From contig OZ059898.1 in NCBI GenBank assembly GCA_964057225.1, positions 10,850,001-10,914,000 on the forward strand: DNA of 64,000 nt, in the 5' to 3' direction. Positions 30,601-43,000 of this stretch are shown here, one piece after another. Numbering within the stretch: position 1 is the first letter of the stretch; every line of letters begins with the position of its first letter. This DNA comes from Auanema rhodensis. Taxonomy: Eukaryota > Animalia > Nematoda. Below the pieces are notes generated by a model. It was not told the origin of the DNA. It did not search any database and saw nothing but the letters and a program-made list of their open reading frames with translations. Both the position numbers and the translations under genes were made by a program.

Positions 30601-31960
30601 TCATTATATATGGGATTTAAATATACATATATCTTCGAAGCAGACATAGAAGATAGGTTACATCCTCAAGCACTGCTTCCTCTTCTTCCATCACTTTTCG
30701 ACATCTTCTCTAATTGGATCGTTTATTGCGAATTTCCCGAGAATGAAAGCACATTGCTAATTGCAACTGTTCTTGGGTTGACTCTTCCAAATTAAAAAAA
30801 AAGTGAACCTATGGTCAATATGTATGTACACGTACATGCATCTGTGTCGTCGTTCATCCATATGTCATCTTTCTGGTCTGAGCTTCAGTTGCTCAAACTT
30901 TATCTCTCTTGTTTCTTCTCTATCAAGCTTTTGTACACATCATTGAATCAATTATTTTTGAATATATTATTATTTTTTATTGTTTCTTTGTTGATTAATT
31001 CTAAAATATCCTGAAAAGCTATCAGATTCGTTTTTAAAGAACACACAGATTGAAAACATAACCAAAATCTGCAAGCATTGTGAAAGTGAAATTTAATTTT
31101 TTTGTTACTATTTGATTTATTTTTTTTTTTTGAAAACAAACACATTTTTGCTTCATCATAGAACAAAATTTCAAAATTATATTTTAGTTGTATGAAATAA
31201 TGAGAGATCAGTTAAGCTAAGTGCAATTGAAACGGTTGATCAATTAATCAAACGTAATAAAACCTCAAACGAATGAACATGAAAGTCTTTATATATAAAT
31301 GAATTTTCACATATTCTACTTCATCCATCATATTCTATCATATAATCTATACAAGATCAGAAAACGTTTAATATTTTTTAATAAATAAATGAATAGTTAA
31401 TTGGATTGCTCAATATACATCTTTCTTTAATATATTATTTGAATGGAAAACTTTTTTGAGCTACCTATCAGTCAAATCAATGATCATATTCAACTAAGCC
31501 GGTATTGAGAGTTTGTTCATTTGTGCTAAAGCCACGAAATTATTACTTGCATCATCTTGTTGTCATTTATTCTTTTTTTTTAACTTTTTACTCTTTATAT
31601 CATCATACAATTATTATTTTTTTGTGTGAAAACGAAAAAGCAAAACTGTTTGAAATAAGGGAAAATAATTATATCTCGTAGTTATAAATAGAGAGGTATG
31701 AAAAGAAGAAGTAGAGAAAGAAATAAATACAGAAAAAAAAGAATAACGAAGATATATTGAAAATCAAATAAAAAAAAAGGAATCATAATACCTAGACTGC
31801 ATGATTTGATTTTTTCGTTTTTTTTTCTAAATATTTTCTCATATTAACAAGTGATGTATTACATTTTGTATTCATATGTTTCTTTTTCTTTCTCTATCTT
31901 GTAAGCATATATATGTATTTATGTGTATAGCTAAATATTAGAATTTATTTATTTTTAGAA

Positions 31961-33612
31961 ATGGGACAGACTGGAAGTAAAACAGGTCCCACATTAGCTG
32001 AGAAACGATACAAAGTGGAGAAACCGCCAATGAAAAGAAAAAGTAACTTCACTATATAAATATATATTTTATATCAAAACAATATATGTATTTTGCTTAT
32101 TTATGTATTACAGTGTTCATTCAGGACACTAGGAAACCAAATTCTGAGTTTCATTTTGAGAAAACGATTTATATGTTTTAGGTAATGGATCAAATATAAG
32201 AAGTTGTGAAGCCGGATCAGACAAGCCTACCAAAGATATGTCAGCGAATCTTGAATGTCCCATCATCATTCAACCAAAGTAATAGTTTATTCATCACAAA
32301 AACGGTTTCATTTTATAGTTGTCACACATCATTTTTTCCTTTCTTCTACTTTTTTCTTGAGTTATTATTCATTTTTTGATATTATTTTAAATATTTATGT
32401 ATTACTTTATATATATTACTGTATGAATCTCTATTTTAGTTTGGAGCAAAAAGAAATATCTTCAAATACAACAAACAATACAAAACTTAATAATAGCTCA
32501 AAGCATTTTCTTAGTCGACGTGAACGTATACTTTTGGAACATTCGTGGAAGAAAACGCGCAAGGTATGTTCAGGAAAACTTTAATGATCTTATTCAGCTT
32601 TCACATCATCATTCAGTTTTTATATTTTCATGTATTTGGTTCATTAAAGTTTTTGCAGACTGGTTCTGAACATGTAGGCTCAAAAATATTCTTAATGGTT
32701 CTAACAGCTCAGCCAGATATTAAAGCTATATTTGGCTTAGAAAAAATTCCACAAGGACGTTTGAAGTACGATCCGCGTTTTCGTCAACACGCAACAGGTA
32801 TGAAACAATTTTCTGAAATTTTTCTCATAATTTTCTAACATCGTTTTCTAAAATTATAGTTTGAGAACAAAGTTAGAAAAATTCCAAAAAAAAAGAAAAG
32901 AAGAATTCAAAGAGACTGATGGACCAGAGAGAGAATAATATTTTATTCATTATGAATTTTTAGTTTTCACTCGGACCTTTGATTATGTTATCAAAAATAT
33001 TGATTATCCAGAAAAATTAGAAACACATTTTGAGGTCAGAATTACTAATTTTCATGAACAAAGTTAGCTTTATATTTTCAGTCATTGGGTCGACGTCATG
33101 TTGTTATGCAAGGCCGTGGGTTTGATCCGCTATATTGGGAAACTTTTGCTGAATGTATGACACAAGCTGCTGTGGAGTGGGAAGCCAATCGACAGCGGCC
33201 GACTTTGGGAGCATGGAGAACGCTGGTAACATATTCTTTAGTTTCAAGTTTTAGCAGACTTTTTTTTTTGTAAAAACATTAGGTCAAAATTAGTCCGAGC
33301 ACGTTGCTCTCAACTAAGTAATAGACTTGAATTGCATAATGTTAACAAAACGTATGAGTTTTAAGTGTTGAACGTTGAACTTAACAACAAAAAAAAAGTT
33401 TTTTTTTTTGAGTTCAAGTTTAAAATTCATTCACATAGAGAATTCATTTGGTGCTGTTCTAGGTATCCACTATAATCATGTACATGAGAAGAGGATTCGA
33501 TGAAGAAAACATGAAGAGACGTATAAATTCATTTACAGCTACTAAAACTCCACGAAGGTTAAGCTACAATCCTCCTACTCCACGAAGAAGTTTAACACCA
33601 ACTCCAAACTAA
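31961..33612 (+). CDS. glb-13: Nematode globin, GLB-13-like, 7 exons, 268 aa, with N-myristoylation motif
   Basis: Exons 31961-32042, 32182-32278, 32440-32563, 32659-32797, 32964-33034, 33082-33225 and 33463-33612 (807 nt). Globin fold: FLSRRERILLEHSWKKT (A helix), GSKIFLMVLTAQPDIKAIFG (B/C, CD1 Phe), DPRFRQHA (distal E7 His), LGRRHVVMQGRGF (proximal F8 His), YWETFAECM, GAWRTLVS. Starts MGQTGSK..LAEKRYKVE, matching my recollection of C. elegans GLB-13. Confidence 0.92.
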
Positions 33613-34610
33613 CTAAAATATTTGAATAATCTAATACATATCTTTGAATGTTATAAACCGTAAATTGACTTTTCAAAAAGCTTAATAAACAATAAAATCA
33701 ACTATAACATATCTTTATTAATATTATAATTGCTATTATTATTATTATTATTATAACTGTAAATGTATTTATATTCAAACAATATTACAACAACAAACTT
33801 AAAAGGAAAGTAAAATATTTCTCGTCAAACTATTAATTTCAAATGCTCTTCATAACACTTATATACATGACTTTTAAGGTTCAAATACAAAAATATTTGT
33901 GCAAATAGATTAACAAAGTAAATTATTTGCTTATTTCTGATTTAAAAAAAAGAAAACTATTGTTTCAATAAAGTTTCTAGTTTATATAACATAAGCTTAA
34001 ATAATTCGGTTTATTTGATGTTTTGTGATCACTTAAAGAGACATTTCTTATATTTTTTTTTGCCCTAAAAAGTATTTTAAATTGTTGTTGAGTGAAAATT
34101 TCAAGTTTACGTTATTAATTTAAAAACTTTATTGGAATATAATAATTATAATTGCAGATGTATCAAATTATTTATATTCGCTATATTGTTAGTAATTGCT
34201 GATTTGTTTTTTGAATTATAGGCAATCTGCTTCAAAAGAAAAAAAAATTATGATTAAATGTATATGTTTATTGTAAATATTATGTTTGTATAATTTGTTT
34301 TTGAAATAAGGTAAAATGAAACAAAAGTCTCTTTATCAGTAATACTATTCAAAGAATATAATAAATTATCAACGACAATTATGGCAACTTTTACTGTTAA
34401 ACTGTACCTACTGTTACAACTGGAAATATAGTACATAACATGGATAAACCATTCACATAGAAGAATAGTTTAAGAAAATTCAAAATGTATATCCCGTGTC
34501 GGTGTTAGTTAAGAAGACAAAGTCAAATTTCATCGTACGAAAATGTTTTGATAATATTATTTCAGTACAAATTTAATATATAGTTATCTATAATTAGGTA
34601 ATTTATATAG

Positions 34611-36546
34611 TTAAGTATATTGATCACATTGTGGAAAGCATAATCCGATATCAGGTAAACGTAAATGAGCAATATCTCGCGCAAGTTTGGGATAACTAGC
34701 TCCAGCTGATTTTTCAAAATTAGCCAATTCTTTTCTGTAAATAGAAATACTGACATTGAATATTGAGGTTTTCAAGTGTGGTGCAATTTGGATATGTTCT
34801 GCATCACTATTTTATAGAATTAAGCAAAGTGTGTTCTACTAACTTAATTATATCACATGTTGTTCTTTTTCCAGGTCGCCAATCCCATCCTACTTCTCCT
34901 TCTCCGCACATTTCCGGGTTCAAGTTTTTCTACAAATTTTTTAATTCAGTTTTCATGCCAACACATCTAACGCTATTACATTGAAAGGACTTTCCCATCC
35001 TTTATCTCCAACAACTTGTTGCTTCCATCCATGAAACATGAAATCAACTTCGCAGAATTTGTCGGTCGTCAAAAAACCATCTCTTACCCATCCATGAGCA
35101 CGACGATATAAACGAATTTTCCCAGGCCATACACGGTTAGAGCCTTTAAAATACTTTGAATCATTATATATATAATATGAAAAAGTTCTACAATCTTATT
35201 CAGTTAGTTAAGGTTAAAGGTTAATTATATGGTTATCTTAAAAACAAACCAAGAGCCAGCTTCACACATGTTACATAGTTCATGTAAGTATCATAATCTT
35301 TTCCTTCATGCCATATTGTCACACAGTTATCATATTCTTGTATAGCATCAGGAATTGCAGCTTGAAGCACCAAAATCTAAAAGAAATAGATTAAAGTAAT
35401 CCAATTAAGTTGGTCCGTACTTGAAGTACACCATTATCTGCTCCATTCCAGTTGTTGGGCTGATGAAACTCATAATCACTCCATTTTTTTAAAAAACTCC
35501 GAGAAAATTCACTATTCCTTATCTAAATTCAATTATAAAATGATTATATAACAATGAAAAATACGGCATTAAGAATTTTTGATCTAAACAGCCTTTGATT
35601 TTAATGTTTAAAACAAAACTATTCACCATTGGTACTTTTATATTAATTATTTAACTTACAATATAATTTCCACTAGCAATTTCATAATTGAATACTCTTT
35701 CATAGAACATGATATCAACACGATCATCAATCCATTCTTCTATACAATGATTGGGATTAGCAACCCCTACAAGTATATTTGAAATACCAACTTCAAGAAT
35801 TATTATGAAAATCTATCCTCACCTGTATCAGCGTCTAAGACAAATAACCAATCGGATTCTCTTAGGTAAACTTCAGCTGCACAATGTTTTCGGAAGAAAA
35901 CCTTGAAAAATTGTTTTATTTGCTATTAGACACGAGAACTTAGAACCTGCTTGTGATGATCACACGCGGCTATTACTTTAGGATCGGTCATAAGTTCTAC
36001 CATAGCAACAGTATAGTTAGTAGTTTTCAGATAACATTTTAAAGATTCTTGAGCCACCTTGTAATGTCTGAAAAACTATAATCATTAGTATTATATTAAA
36101 CTTTTTAGTTCTCATACGTTTCCATACTTGAAGCAATGTAAGCAACAAAAACAACAACTTTCCCAAATATTGGCTTACACGGTTCCATGTTTTCACGCCT
36201 GGGATATATTGTTCTTGGTCTCAATCTATAACAAAGAAGAATCTCCATTTTTTGGTCAATGAATTGACAAATTTATTTTAAAATTACTCACGGTTTATAC
36301 ATAATGTTTACATCATCCTGAGTTAAATTAAGTTTTTTATCAAATGAACTAAAATATTTATCTGATTTTTTGGCCAAATATGGTCGAGAATTCTGAAATG
36401 GGTAGAACATTATTAAAACATTTTTTAACATGTGCGATACTTACATGTAAAGGCTGTGTACCTAAGGGTTTTGGAAAATACGATATAACTGATATTAAAC
36501 ATAAAGTCATAAAAAGTGAAACAACATAAAACTTATTGACCCGCAT
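34611..36546 (-). CDS. DUF273-family nucleotide-diphospho-sugar transferase-like type II membrane protein, 11 exons, about 400 aa
   Basis: N-terminal anchor [24 protein letters not shown]. Family-typical motifs [80 protein letters not shown] and C-terminal CFPQC. A DxD motif (LDAD) is present. All phases are consistent to TAA at 34611. Confidence 0.92.
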
Positions 36547-37875
36547 TATCTAAAAAAAAAAGAATTTTTATTAAACTTTATATGTTTATTTTCAAGAAAG
36601 TTTTTAATATTATAAGAATATAAAGACAACAAATTATATTAGATATTCGAATAAGATTTCTTTAGAATAAAACATAGTACAAAATCCAAAAATTTGATAT
36701 TTATTTTAGACGATCGTATTGAATTACGCTAAAACGGAAAACAGACGTTTAAAAGTTGATAAAATGCATAAAAAAACTGTTGGCTCACTCTGAGTGACAA
36801 TTAAGTTTTATAAAAAAGTTGGATATAATGAGAAGTACAACCTCAACTATGAACTATTGACCAAATGGAAAGACAGAATATATTAATTGATACGTATGTT
36901 ATAATAATAATAAATATTAATTATATAAAATAAGAACTAATATAAGATTAGTAAAACCCAAATGCATGTTGTACAAATACAATAAAAGAGTTTCAATTGT
37001 TTTCTGAAATACTGGTAAAGACTATATGTTCCGGTTTTATTTGAAAATTTTGTTAGATGTAATGAGAAGTATTACTTCAACTAAGAAATATATAAATAGT
37101 TTTCCTAACACACGTTTTCACTCACATTTTGGTTTCAGACTCAAACAAGAGAATTGAAAAAATAAAAAATTCACTAATATATAATTAAAATTGAATATAT
37201 AATATTAGCATGTTATTTCACGATTTTACGGACCACTGTCTCACAGAGTTCTGCCTACTACTTCTATATCTTATCGTTGTTATCAAACTACTATGTTGTA
37301 TATTGTATCAACACTAAAGTTCGGGTTCTCTATTTTCAATTCGAATGCTAAAATGTGAAAAAATATTACCGTGCTCGATCGAAAATATAGAAAATACAGT
37401 GAGTACACGATGAAAAAACTGGATATTCATATACCTTGAAGATCTATAATATGAACTTGAAAACAGACAGCATCCTCCAATATATTTTAGAATTAACTGA
37501 TACAATTAGAAGCAATAATCAGAACAACTGCATCAGGAAGCCAATGAGAGCTTCAAGTTTCACGTTTTCGTTACGTCTTGATATATTTGTAGAACAATAA
37601 AGAAAATACGGATAAAGCTAAAACTATTTCGATTGCGGGGGCAGAAAAAAAAATTAAAAAACGATGTTAATAGACAATTACATATGATCTGTCCTCCCAA
37701 AATCACACAATCATTTCAAGTATATTTCTGATTCTCTCTCATAATTTCTCTTATTTACTATCTGTCTCTTGTATGGATATACACATACATCATTGCCTGC
37801 TGCCATCGTTAGCATGTGTGAAACTAGGAAAAACCGGCTGCTGCAACAGGCTTTTTCCCATAACATATCGTCAGC

Positions 37876-37877
<2 letters not shown>

Positions 37878-37910
<33 letters not shown>
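37878..37910. repeat. (TA)n microsatellite
   Basis: About 16 TA units. Confidence 0.9.
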
Positions 37911-37912
<2 letters not shown>

Positions 37913-39008
37913 CTTTATGAAATGCTTTGTGTCAAATCACGGTAACAACGAGCATACCCTAACAACTGAATACGGAAGAACACGAAAAAAGAAGAATTTC
38001 TTATTATATACATGTGTATAAGGAACATGATATTCGTTTGAAACTTAAAATCTAAATTCTTAAAAGTACAGGAGTTTTCTTCAAACATTCAAATGAAACT
38101 CTTGAATGAGCTGGGTGTGTATATGTGGATGTCGGTGAATAAGATGAGATTTTATGTCCACAAGATTGAATTTAGCAAGAAAAAGAAAAATAGTTTGAAG
38201 ATTATTGAAAAGAAAAAGTATAATTAAGAAATTAATTTTGTATTTGTATGTTTAAGATTGGCATATTTGGTGGGATTAAAAGAATTATCCTTTCAAGGCC
38301 TTGACCATATTCAACTTAATTGGAGGTCACTTTTTCTTATTCGGAATAGCTCAAATGTCTTTTCCATATTTTCATCGCAAGCAATTGATGTCAAGTGAGT
38401 ACATGAATGATTAATCGAACTTTTAAAATACTATTTGAACGTCTCAAATCAAAGTGAATATTCAAAGTTAAATAGTAAATTCATTTTAAAATTTAAAAAC
38501 TATCTTGTTATTTATAATAATGTATGAAAAACTAAAAATAAAATAATACAATATGAAAAGAAATAATTCTGGTTATGTCGAGAACGTCTGTAATAATCAG
38601 TTACAACTTCTTAATTCATTTATCTATGTGAACAATATTCTTTAACTTTTTTTTTAATTTTTAAAATTTTAATAAATCATTTATGTAATTCTATTATATT
38701 TATTTATAATTATGAATTGATTAAAGATATGTTATGTATTCATTTCAATATAAATATATCAATAACGCTCATTAAAGCTTTATTTCAGCGCAACAGTTAT
38801 AGACAAATTCAAATTAAAATATAGAGTATTTTGATGACGAATTTGATAATTTCAAAAACTAAGGCACAATGGTTAAAGCTGTTGAAAATAAACTCTTCAA
38901 ACATGATGAGCTCGAATCAATGTTCATGATGATCAAGTTTATTGAGTTCTTTCTTACAACAGCAAAAATGTTTTTTTGTTGAAGTCTTCAAAAGAGAGTG
39001 TGTGTATT

Positions 39009-39026
39009 AGAGGGAGAGAAAGAGAG

Positions 39027-39073
<47 letters not shown>

Positions 39074-39100
39074 GAGGAGGAGAGAGAGAGAAAGTGAGTG
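39009..39100. repeat. (GA)n-rich microsatellite
   Basis: Purine run with a pure (AG)n core at about 39033-39070. Confidence 0.9.
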
Positions 39101-40076
39101 AGAAAGAAAAAAAATGAATTTAATTATTAAATTTATGATTTAAATATCGTTTCATCAAATGATTTTCTGTTAAAAAAAGATAATATTCAAAGTATAATTA
39201 TGTTTCTTTTTTTGTTAAACATACATCTGTACATACATATTATATGTATATAGTTATGTAATTCTTTACAATTATCCATATAAACTATAAATAATTGTCA
39301 ATTTAAAATGATAGATAGTAAAAAATTGAAAGATCTTTTCTCTTTTTCTGAAGAATTTCTTTGGAAAATGTTGCGGGAAAAAATGAAAAATATAGTTTTC
39401 ATATGAAAACGATATGTCATATTTTCAGCTGGTGTAATCTTCAGTTCATAAAGCTACATATAACTTGAAAATTAATGTTTAATCAAATTTGTTATATGTA
39501 TTTTTAATAAAAATGATTAAAATAAACTAATTATATAATAAAAATAAAAACAATTTCCAGATGATTTCAAAGAATATAATTACCCGTTTCAGTAAAAAAT
39601 GGAAGTTGTGGAAGTATACGATATGAAGAGGGCGTGGGGGAGAGGACTTTTTGTGCTTCACCGAGAAAAGAAACAATTATTTTTAGATTTCAAGATAGAA
39701 CTTCATAAAATCATAAAAGAATAATAGGAGAAATATAGGAAGAGGGCGAAAGAGAAAAGTAGAAAGCTAGTATAGGAAAACTTGAATGTAGTTTAGTTAA
39801 ATACTGTGCAAGTAAGTAGAGAATAAGTAAAACTGAAGCTGAAGTTGAAAATGTTTTAGAGACAACTTGATAGAAATAGTGATAGATTATGAAAAAACAT
39901 TTTTGTAACTTATAACTCTTATAGATAATGTGATAATTTGTATTTTAAAATGAAATAAAGTTTTGTCAATGCGTCTTCTTTTTTTGTCTATGAAAGAGGG
40001 AATAGCAAGCACAATGCATTAGCTTCGAAGAAGATTCTATGAAGATCTGTAGTCAACACTTGTCAGTTAAATGTCC

Positions 40077-43000
40077 TTAAGTCTCAATGGAATCCTTAAC
40101 AAGTTGTGGCACTTTGCTCTTCTCATCGACCGGCGGATCCGTTGTGATGTGAGGAATCTGGTGCTTCACCTGCAAACGTCATTTGAAAATAATGAACAAA
40201 TGTTGTGAATATGTTTTTGCAATATATGATGAAATTCATCATTATCAGAGGATATTTTATGTTTTTTTTTTGAATAAATGCATGCTATTGTTACTATATT
40301 AATTACATTATAACACATAAAACAAAGATAAGACAAGCTGTATGATAATGAATCAGCGTGCAAGATCATTTATGTAAATAAAAATGAACAACATGATCAT
40401 TTTATATACTTATAGTTTGCTCCAATATATCAGAAAGGGGGATTTATCGAAGATTTACAAGAAAAAAAAACTTAAAAGTACATTTGAAAGACACTATCGA
40501 TGTTCTTACAGTTTTAAAGTTTATATAATAGGAACAAGCAATAATTACAGTAAGCACACAACAATGGATGCACAAGATTTTTGAGGTTTTTTGAATATAA
40601 ACCTTTATAGAGTTATATTAAATTGAAGACAGAGCTTCAAAACAAAGTATTATAACTAAAAAAAATCAAAAACTGATTTGTTTCTTCTTTTACAAACCAA
40701 TATCAAATCATAAACATAAAAGCTTAACATGCATGCAGAATCGAAACTGAAGATTTCATTGAAAAACGGAAAACCAACCAAATGGTTTAGTTTTGTTACC
40801 CAAACACATTTAAAGTTTACAAAATCACTTTACATGAACAAAAAAAACAAATAATTAGCTGCAAATCTATACTAAGTAATGCTTTTAACAATACAATACA
40901 TTCAATCATCAATGCTCCACTGGTGGAGCCAAGTAATTTTGTGAAGCACTTTTCATCAGCGTACACGGTTTAGTTGTCGTTGAAGTATTTTTATCATTAT
41001 TATTATTATTTGTATTATTATTATTGTTATTATTACATATTTTCTGAAAAAATCACAAGCATTACAAACATATTAAGCCATCATTCCATAACATATAACT
41101 ACACAGGATTCCTTAAGGTCACTTTGACAAGCATATTTTCACATATTTTTAATGTTCTGATTGAATAAATCAAAACAATTTTTATTTTAAAAAAGTAAAG
41201 AATTTTTTATATTGAAAAATAACAAACCTCCTGTGATGCCCCTCCCCTTCGCACTACTGCCCCGTCCTGTTCGGCCATCAGTCTCGTCTGTTGGTGGTTC
41301 ATCTGTCCGTGACGCATGAAGGACGGAACGGCGTTCGAGTGAGTTCTGCTATAATATTCCGTATTAGATGAAAATTAACCGCGAAAATAAATTCAGAATA
41401 TGGTAAGAAACACCATGTCATAGTCATGACGTTAGATTACACAAACTCTGAATTCAGAATCAAGCTGCTTATTAAACTAAAAACAAAAAATCAGAAAAAA
41501 AAAAAGAAAAAAAAAAGAAAAACTACTACAGATTCGATTCAAAGCTAATAACTCATAGCACACACATATTTAAATCTAATCTCTCTATTCTATGAATAGA
41601 TGTGTATAATATATACACATAGTAAACGGTTTTTGTTTCTCATAAATTATAATTATTGTCTTTGTCTTTGTCGTCAAAACTTTTGACAGAGAGAAAGGAA
41701 GAAATGGGTTAAATAATAAACTAAAAAATATTAATTATTAGAATACGCCACAAAAAAAATTAAAAAAATCTGAGAGACTCGTATGCTCATCATGCAATTC
41801 CAAATATAAAAAAAAATTAATAAAAATCGAAAAAAAAGAGCAAACAAAGCACAGAAAATAGTTGAAAAAACTCTGAGCTAGCGCAGCTTGAAAATAAAAT
41901 TTCTAAATTTGAAAAAAAAAAAAATTAGAAGAAAGAATCGGCATAATAATCGTCATTCTTCAATTTTTTTTCTGTTAATTTCAAACTAAATATTGATCTA
42001 AGATTGTGAGAAATGACGATGTTAGAAGGCAACCAAGTTAGTTATCTAACTTGCTCATATCATTTTCATTTGAATCAGAATAAAATCTTGAAGAAATCAA
42101 ATCGCAAAATTATAAAAAACTATGCTTTTGAATTGATAAAGTTTTATAAAAGAATATTACTGATTCCAATGAAAAAGAATGTAATTAGCTGTTGAATGTA
42201 AGAAAACATAAAACTAAGGCTGGTTAATTTAGTAAAATAAGTGATTATGAAAGAAAAATTTAAAGGGAAAGGTTTCTTCACCTTGGTTAGACGATGGGAT
42301 CTGCAAAAAAATACTGGTTGCTTTATAGAAATGATGTTAAATTATAAACAAATTAATATCATATTATTTTTATGAATATTTTTTTGAATACAGTTTCCAT
42401 TCTCTCTATTTCTATTTTTTGTTTGTTTTACATTTATTAACTTTGATCCCTCCAATTGTACAAAGCTATTCATGAAACCTAAGTATTAATCCATTGAGTG
42501 AGCTAATACATGAAATCTTGAAGGTATCTTAAAGGCATCTTTAGCTCTCAACAATCTTGCTAGCCTATTAGATCTTGGATTTAAGGACATGAAAACCCTT
42601 AAATAGACAACTTGAATTAAGCTAATTGCTCTAACGAGCATCTTAATTGTAATCTAATTGAATGTAATTTGTGTCTCTTTGTGTGATAGCATAGCCAAAA
42701 ATGATATTTGATCTATTTTTCCTAATCTTAAATGTTATGAGACAGTAGATAGTAGAAGAAGAATTAAATAAAAAATCTATTTATTTATTTCTTTATCTTT
42801 CTTTCTATCTATGATGATGTGTATGTATAATATAATTTTATTTATATTTATATATGGATATACATACATATAATTATCGAAGTTTAACTATAATACTTTA
42901 AAACATACTTTTAGACTAAGTAGCATTCCATGATGAACTATGGAACCTTATGCTCACACGATCAAAAACATTTTAAGATCTAACCCCTTTCAAAAGTTAT

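Noticed and set aside
30598-30795. 65-aa ORF upstream of the globin
   Set aside because: No splice support or motif; length is within chance expectation.
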